From Gaiellales bacterium (GTDB lineage: Bacteria > Actinomycetota > Thermoleophilia > Gaiellales > JAICJC01), in the NCBI GenBank assembly GCA_038230835.1, contig JBBRMM010000017.1, positions 1,185 to 65,184 on the forward strand: a DNA stretch of 64,000 bases, written 5' to 3'. The notes below the pieces were generated by a model. That model had not been told where the DNA came from, searched no databases, and saw only the letters and a program-made list of their open reading frames with translations. Of the stretch, positions 58,773-64,000 are shown piece after piece (position 1 is the first letter of the stretch; every line of letters starts with the position of its first letter). The translations under genes and the position numbers were made by a program.

Positions 58773-58868
58773 CTACTTGTTGACGACGATCACGAGCGTG
58801 AGCAGGAACGCAAGCGTGATCACGGTGACCAGAACCCACCAGCGCGACGTCGACGATCCATCAGCCAT
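58773..58868 (-). CDS. 31-aa single-TM peptide
   Basis: GGGAG SD; MADGSSTSRWWVLVTVITLAFLLTLVIVVNK; its TAG abuts the ALDH ATG. Confidence 0.55.
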   Translation of the reverse strand: MADGSSTSRWWVLVTVITLAFLLTLVIVVNK

Positions 58869-58924
58869 CAGCATCTCCCAACCTGGACTTTCGGTGGCGA
58901 GAGTGTATCCGCGGACGGGGGCGG

Positions 58925-61471
58925 CTATGCCGCGTCAGCGTGGGCGTCGGCGACCGTGTACGTGCCGCGGCCGTTGCGCTTGCTGGTGTACATGCCGGCG
59001 TCGGCGGCCTTCATCAACAAGGCCGGCTCGTCGCCGTGGTCGGGATACAGCCCGATCCCGATGCTCGTGGTGGTGCGAAAGTCCGTGCGACCGAGCGTGA
59101 ACGGCCGCGAAAATGCGGTCTGCACACGCCGGGCGACGGCTTCGGAGATCGCCCGCGAGCTGGCCTGGGGCAGGTCGCTGATCACGATCAGGAACTCGTC
59201 GCCGCCCAGGCGCACAACCAGGTCGTCGCCACGTGCCGCCTCCCGCAGCCGGCCGGCCACGCCGCGCAGCAGGTCGTCGCCGGCATCGTGACCGAGCGTG
59301 TCGTTGACCTGCTTGAACTTGTCCACGTCCAGATACAGCACGGCCACTGCCAGCTCGTGCCGGCGGGCGCGCTGGAGCGCGCGCTCGAGGTACTGCTCGA
59401 ACTGCAGCCGGTTGGGAAGCCCGGTCAGCGTGTCGTGGAACGCCATGTGCTTGACCTGCTCCTCGCGCCGCTTGCGTTCGCTGATGTCGCGCGCAAACAG
59501 GTTGAACGACGCGTCGTCCGCCTCACCGATCGCCCACAGCGTCATCTCGGCGACGAACTCCGAGCCGTCCCGACGGCGAGCCGTCACCTCGGCGTCGCGC
59601 AGCATCGCCGATGCGTCCCCGGTGGAACGGTAGAGCTCGATCGCCTGCTCGAACCGGGTCGCCTGACCTTCGGGCAGCAGCAAATCGACCATCGGGCAGC
59701 TGAGCACCGACTCACGATCCCAGCCGAAGAGCAGTTCGGCGGCGTGGTTCCACTCCATCACCGCGCCGGACGAGTCGGTCGCCACGAACGCGTCGCCGGT
59801 GGTCTCGACGATCGACCTCGCGCGTTCCTCGCTGGCCCGCAGGCGCTCCTCCGCGCGCTTGCGTGCGGTCACGTCGGCATCGCGGATCTGGACACCGACC
59901 TGGGTGCCGCTGTCGTCCAGCACCGGGCTGCCGGCGCTCCAGCACCACTTGACCTCACCCGCGCGGGTGATGATCCGAAACTCGGCGCCGCTGTAGCCCT
60001 CGCCATGCCACAGCCGTCTCCACAGCGTGAGCATTCGGGGCAGGTCTTCGGCGTGCACATCGCCGGAGAAGTTCTGCTCGTGCAACTGCTCGACCGTGTA
60101 CCCGGTGAGCGCCTCATAGGACGGAGTCACGTACTGCAGGCGCCGCTTCATGTCGTAGAAAAAGACGACGTCGGCGAGGTTGTCGGTGATCATTCGCAGC
60201 CGCTCCTCGGACTCGCGGACGGCCCGCCCGGAGCGCTTCTGCTCGGTGACGTCGGTGACCACCAGGCCGACGCCGACCAGCTTGCCGTCGCCGCCGCGGA
60301 CCGGATACACGCCGGCCGTGCACGCGGTGCCGTTCTCGAGCTCTGTCTGCAGGCCGACGACCGGCTCTCCGGTGTCGAGCACTGTCCGCATGGCCGGTTC
60401 GTAGTGGGCTCCGACCACCGGCTGAAGCTCCGTCAGCGTCCGTCCCGGGGTCCCCTCGCCGGAAACTCCGGACAGCCGACGCAGCGCGTCGTTGATCTTG
60501 ACGCAGCGCAGCTCGGTGTCCAGGAACGCGAGCCCGACGGGCGCGGCGGCAAACAGCGTGTCGATCAACACCCGCCCTTCCTCGCTGCGCTCGGCGACCT
60601 CCTGGACCTGAGCCAGCATCACCTCGCGCTCGTGCGTCGCACGCCGCTCGGCGGTGATGTCGAGCACTGTGCCTACGTGGCCGACGACGACCCCATCCTG
60701 ATCGCGCTCGGCCACGCAGTACGACCGCACCCAGGCGACGCCGCCGCCGGGCCGGCCGATCCGGTATTCGGAGATGAACTCCTCTCCGGTCGCGACGGTG
60801 CGCGCTCGCTGGGCGACCACCCGGTCGCGATCCACGGGCAGCACGGCGTCGAGCCACGACTGCCCGGTGACCCGGTCGGCGCTCAGCCCGATCAACTCGG
60901 CCAGCCGCCGGTTGACGAACCGCAACGTGCCGGCGTGGTCAGTCTCGAAGATCCCTACCGGGGCGTGCTCGGCGAGCACTCGGAACCGCTCCCGTTCCTC
61001 GCGCAGCGCGTGCTCGGCGGCCCTCCGCTGGGAGACGTTGTGCGCCACACCGCGGAGACCGATCACGACCCCGTGCGGTCCAACGACGGCCGTCACCCGC
61101 ACCCGCATCCACGGGGTCGAACCGTCGGCCAGCAGCACCCGACACTCGTACTCGACCTTCTCGCCGGTGGCTGCCGCCCGCGCGTGCTCGGCCGACACCA
61201 GCCCCCGTTCGTCGGGATGGACGATCCGTTCGGCGAAGCCGCCGACATCGCCGAGCAGCTCGGACAGCGGATATCCGGTCAGCCGCTCGACCCGGCGGCT
61301 GACGAACGTCATCCGCCGGCTGACCAGGTCTATCTCCCAGACGATCGCGTCCAGACCCTCGACCAGCTCCTCGAAGCGCGTGCTCGGGCGACCGCGGCCG
61401 CGTCGCCACCGCAGATGACGGCGTAACCCGAGGAAGCGCGACCGCGGGGGTTGGGGCACGCTGGTGCTCAT
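58925..61471 (-). CDS. multi-PAS diguanylate cyclase
   Basis: About five PAS/PAC repeats (DIT/DVT.R ends); HD.LTGLPNR, D.DKFKQVNDTLGH.AGD, R.DD...RLGGDEF and AD..MY..K motifs. Confidence 0.93.
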   Translation of the reverse strand: MSTSVPQPPRSRFLGLRRHLRWRRGRGRPSTRFEELVEGLDAIVWEIDLVSRRMTFVSRRVERLTGYPLSELLGDVGGFAERIVHPDERGLVSAEHARAAATGEKVEYECRVLLADGSTPWMRVRVTAVVGPHGVVIGLRGVAHNVSQRRAAEHALREERERFRVLAEHAPVGIFETDHAGTLRFVNRRLAELIGLSADRVTGQSWLDAVLPVDRDRVVAQRARTVATGEEFISEYRIGRPGGGVAWVRSYCVAERDQDGVVVGHVGTVLDITAERRATHEREVMLAQVQEVAERSEEGRVLIDTLFAAAPVGLAFLDTELRCVKINDALRRLSGVSGEGTPGRTLTELQPVVGAHYEPAMRTVLDTGEPVVGLQTELENGTACTAGVYPVRGGDGKLVGVGLVVTDVTEQKRSGRAVRESEERLRMITDNLADVVFFYDMKRRLQYVTPSYEALTGYTVEQLHEQNFSGDVHAEDLPRMLTLWRRLWHGEGYSGAEFRIITRAGEVKWCWSAGSPVLDDSGTQVGVQIRDADVTARKRAEERLRASEERARSIVETTGDAFVATDSSGAVMEWNHAAELLFGWDRESVLSCPMVDLLLPEGQATRFEQAIELYRSTGDASAMLRDAEVTARRRDGSEFVAEMTLWAIGEADDASFNLFARDISERKRREEQVKHMAFHDTLTGLPNRLQFEQYLERALQRARRHELAVAVLYLDVDKFKQVNDTLGHDAGDDLLRGVAGRLREAARGDDLVVRLGGDEFLIVISDLPQASSRAISEAVARRVQTAFSRPFTLGRTDFRTTTSIGIGLYPDHGDEPALLMKAADAGMYTSKRNGRGTYTVADAHADAA

Positions 61472-61733
61472 TTCCCTGCATGAATCGACCGCCGAGTGGC
61501 CGAATTGAGGCGGCCAGCGGGCATTCGCAGTGGTGCATCGGCGGGCGTCGAGGTCTCGCGAGCGCGTGCCGGCGCCCGTGGGTGGGAGCGCGCCGTGGGC
61601 GCGGCGCAAGCGCTTGCTCCACCGCGCGGGCGATCTCGACCACCGGAGAGCTGAAGCGCACCAGCAGGCATCCGCTGATCACGACCGCCAGGCAGAGCGC
61701 GAGATACTCGATGCTGGCCTGTCCACGTTGCAT
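60939..61733 (-). CDS. Tad pilin/pseudopilin-like protein (class III signal peptide); 3' end doubtful
   Basis: MQRGQASIEY plus hydrophobic helix directly after tadC; the frame stays open about 530 nt into the DGC gene. Confidence 0.55.
   Translation of the reverse strand: MQRGQASIEYLALCLAVVISGCLLVRFSSPVVEIARAVEQALAPRPRRAPTHGRRHALARPRRPPMHHCECPLAASIRPLGGRFMQGNEHQRAPTPAVALPRVTPSSAVATRPRSPEHALRGAGRGSGRDRLGDRPGQPADDVRQPPGRAADRISAVRAARRCRRLRRTDRPSRRTGAGVGRARAGGSHRREGRVRVSGAAGRRFDPVDAGAGDGRRWTARGRDRSPRCGAQRLPAEGRRARAARGTGAVPSARRARPGRDLRD
61482..61508 (-). promoter_or_regulatory. sigma-28-like promoter of the diguanylate cyclase
   Basis: Minus strand TCAA-N15-GTCGATTC shortly before the ATG at 61471. 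Confidence 0.55.
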
Positions 61734-61822
61734 GGTTCACCGTACGCGGAGACGGATCACGGTTGGGCGGCAACCCGTGAAGAGGGTGTCACAACATGTG
61801 GACGAGTCCCGACACGGCGACG

Positions 61823-62671
61823 TCACAGCCCGCGGCCGGCCGTCGCGGCCACCGATAACCCGACCGCGGCCAGAAGGGGAAGCAGGGCAGCCGGCACCAG
61901 CACGAACACCACCACAACGAGCAGTTTGGGTCCGGCCGCAGCTGCCCGCTCCTGGACCACACAGGCACGGTCGGCGCGTGCCCGCGCGGCCTGACGACGC
62001 AGGCCATCGGCCAGCGGAACCCCGAGGCGCTCCGACAGGGACACGGCCAGCGCGAGCCCGGCCAGCGCGCTCGACCCGGTGCGTTCCGCCGCATCGTGTA
62101 GCTCGGCTCCGCGGCCGCGGCCGAGCTCGATGTTGGCATGCGCCAGCGCGAGCTCGTCGGCCAGCGGCCCGCTGACCGCCGCAGCGGCTGCTCGAAGCGC
62201 TGCATCGATGCCGACACCGGCCGCGACCGAAGCAGCCACCAGTTCGAGCAGCCCGGGTGCGGCGCGCTGCACCAACTCGCGCCTGCGGGTATATGCAGCC
62301 CGCAGCCACAGATCAGCGTAGACGGCGCCGAACCCGGCCAGCGTGATCCCGGCGAGCACCCCGAGCGTGCCCCCCAGCACGAGCGCACCGGCCAGCCCGA
62401 GCCCGGACAGCACCACCCCGGCGCCGACCCGAAAGGCTGCCGCCTCCTCGTGCGACATCCCCGCCGGTAACGAACGGGCGGCCCAGGGCGGTGCTGTAGC
62501 CAGCACCGGCAGCATCCCCACCACGCGGCGCCCCACCGCTGTCAGGGGCACCCGCGCACCGCCCGACCCGCGCCGGTGGCGACCGTTCAGCCGCCGGTCG
62601 AGCCCATGCGAGCGCACCGCTGCGACGGCCGCGGCGAGGCCTGCTGCGATCACAAGTTGCGTGAGCGTCAC
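61823..62671 (-). CDS. tadC: Tad/type II secretion F-family protein TadC
   Basis: P..LEL.A..V.AG...DAAL, L..EL, SERLGVPLA..LR.QA and C-terminal TM ..F.LVPA. Confidence 0.85.
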   Translation of the reverse strand: MTLTQLVIAAGLAAAVAAVRSHGLDRRLNGRHRRGSGGARVPLTAVGRRVVGMLPVLATAPPWAARSLPAGMSHEEAAAFRVGAGVVLSGLGLAGALVLGGTLGVLAGITLAGFGAVYADLWLRAAYTRRRELVQRAAPGLLELVAASVAAGVGIDAALRAAAAAVSGPLADELALAHANIELGRGRGAELHDAAERTGSSALAGLALAVSLSERLGVPLADGLRRQAARARADRACVVQERAAAAGPKLLVVVVFVLVPAALLPLLAAVGLSVAATAGRGL

Positions 62672-63270
62672 GGCTCGACCGCCGCCAACCGCCGCATCAG
62701 GACGTGCCCGACGACCGTCAACACCGCCGAGGCCACCAACGTCGTCAAGCCGACCAGCGTCCCCACCAGCAGTTCGAACCCCGGGGGATCGACGACCCGC
62801 AGCGCCATGACACCGAAGGCCGGCATCAGCGACACCATGCGCCCGGTGGTGCGGGCCTGTGCGGTGGCGACGCGAGCGGCGCGGGCAAGCGCCTCACGGT
62901 CGTGCAGCGACTCGGCGATGGCGTCCAGCAACGCAGCGAGGTCTCCGCCGAACCGTGACTGGATCCCCACCGCCGCGGCGATCTGGCGCACCTCGTCGGT
63001 GTCGCCCAGCCCGCCGAGCGCGTCGGCCGCTGACGCTCCCAGCGCGCAGGCGGCGCTCACCCGGACGAGCTCGTCGCTGATCGGCCCCGGCAGGTCGCCG
63101 GGTGCGTCGGCGAGCGCCTGGTGGATCGAGCGACCGGCGCGTACGTGGGCAGCGAGAACCTGCGCGGCCAGCGGCAACTGCGCGCGCACTCGCCGCGCCC
63201 TCCGGCGCGCGATCACCGGTGCGGTGACGGTTCCCGGACGCAGGAGCCGGCTCAGCTTCGGTGCGCGCAC
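62668..63270 (-). CDS. tadB: Tad/type II secretion F-family protein TadB
   Basis: QLP.A...LA..VRAG.S..QAL, P...EL, GG.LA..LD.IA and TAQAR motifs. Confidence 0.85.
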   Translation of the reverse strand: MRAPKLSRLLRPGTVTAPVIARRRARRVRAQLPLAAQVLAAHVRAGRSIHQALADAPGDLPGPISDELVRVSAACALGASAADALGGLGDTDEVRQIAAAVGIQSRFGGDLAALLDAIAESLHDREALARAARVATAQARTTGRMVSLMPAFGVMALRVVDPPGFELLVGTLVGLTTLVASAVLTVVGHVLMRRLAAVEP

Positions 63271-64000
63271 CGCCGCTCCACCAGGGCGTCGAGGGATTCA
63301 CGGTCGAGTGCGACCAGTCCGCCGCCGGCAACCTCCTGCCCGGCCAGCGCCGCCACATGCCGGGTTCCGTCGACGTCCCGGGCGACGTGCACCACGATGT
63401 CGATCGCAAGCCGGACCTGCTCGCGCACAGCGGCATGCGGAATCTCCAGGCCCGCCATCAGGATCATGGTCTCGATCCGTCGCAGCGCCTCGGCCGGTGA
63501 GCCGGCGTGCACCGTCGTCAGCGAGCCGTCGTGCCCGGTGTTCATCGCCATCAGCATGTCCAGCGCCTCACCACCGCGCACTTCGCCGACGACGATCCGA
63601 TCGGGACGCATGCGCAGTGCGTTGCGCACCAGCGCCCGTACCGTCACTTCGCCCGCACCCTCCAGATTGGCCGGGCGGGCCTCGAGACGCGCCACGTGGG
63701 GCTGTGCGAGCCGCAACTCGGCGGCGTCCTCGACAGTGACGATTCGCTCGGCGGGATCGATGAATGCCGCCAGGGCGTTGAGAAGCGTGGTCTTGCCGGT
63801 GCCTGTGGCGCCGCTGACGGCGACGTTCAGGCGACCCTCAACAGCCAGGCGCAGGAGGCCGGCTCGCTCCCCAGTGAGCCCGCCCGCTGCGACCATCGCT
63901 TCGATCGTCAACGGTCGCTGCGCGAACTTGCGGATCGTGAGCAGCGCACCGTCGACGGCCAGCGGCGGGACGACGGCGTTCACCCGGCTGCCGTCCGGGA
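63252..64000 (-). CDS. cpaF: Tad pilus assembly ATPase CpaF/TadA (5' end outside window)
   Basis: DGSRVNA..PP, TIRKF, SGATGTGKTT, EDAAEL, ALRMRPDRIVVGEVRG.EA and MNTGHDG motifs. Confidence 0.95.
   Translation of the reverse strand, partial: PDGSRVNAVVPPLAVDGALLTIRKFAQRPLTIEAMVAAGGLTGERAGLLRLAVEGRLNVAVSGATGTGKTTLLNALAAFIDPAERIVTVEDAAELRLAQPHVARLEARPANLEGAGEVTVRALVRNALRMRPDRIVVGEVRGGEALDMLMAMNTGHDGSLTTVHAGSPAEALRRIETMILMAGLEIPHAAVREQVRLAIDIVVHVARDVDGTRHVAALAGQEVAGGGLVALDRESLDALVERRCAHRS

Noticed and set aside
55272-61426. Very long antisense ORFs (951 aa and 828 aa, and similar ones opposite gcvPB, GH5 and ftsI)
   Set aside because: Shadow frames of high-GC coding genes; no recognisable motifs.
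63220-63240. Possible degenerate GGTGCCWGGCACC copy at the start of tadB (PGTVT)
   Set aside because: Half-site only, with two mismatches; could be chance in GC-rich DNA.
1-64000. CRISPR array, rRNA or IS transposase
   Set aside because: No regularly spaced repeat-spacer pattern, rRNA-like sequence or DDE/Y1 transposase ORF recognised.

Overview
High-GC actinobacterial DNA, most like Thermoleophilia/Gaiellales (inferred from gene content and order, not from a database search). From left to right: (1) 1-5028, the right end of an integrative element inserted in a tRNA-Glu(CUC) gene, carrying a Prim-Pol replication protein, a zinc-finger-fused phage Dam methylase, one broken and one intact excisionase, a tyrosine integrase and the duplicated 3' half of the tRNA. 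(2) 5.1-11 kb, small accessory genes, an arginase-like gene and a secreted GH5. (3) 11-27 kb, a CDP-sugar/glycosyltransferase island with sigma-28-like promoters, an internal DUF433/DUF5615 toxin-antitoxin pair and at least six reading-frame lesions. (4) gltX, nfo, arfB, an SDR, a HAD hydrolase and gcvT-H-PA-PB. (5) A dcw cluster from mraZ to ftsZ without ddl or ftsA, with an antisense, internally shortened APH(3')-like kinase between murB and ftsQ. (6) An NlpC/P60 hydrolase, a SigA-like sigma factor, an ALDH-nrtR-nadE-GNAT string, a multi-PAS diguanylate cyclase and the end of a Tad pilus locus. The most unusual signals are short odd-centred palindromes (GGTGCCWGGCACC, GGGGTCAGACCCC), one read in frame inside murF, and the apparently decaying sigma-28-linked glycosylation island. 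All calls come from motif recognition by eye, and several start codons are approximate.
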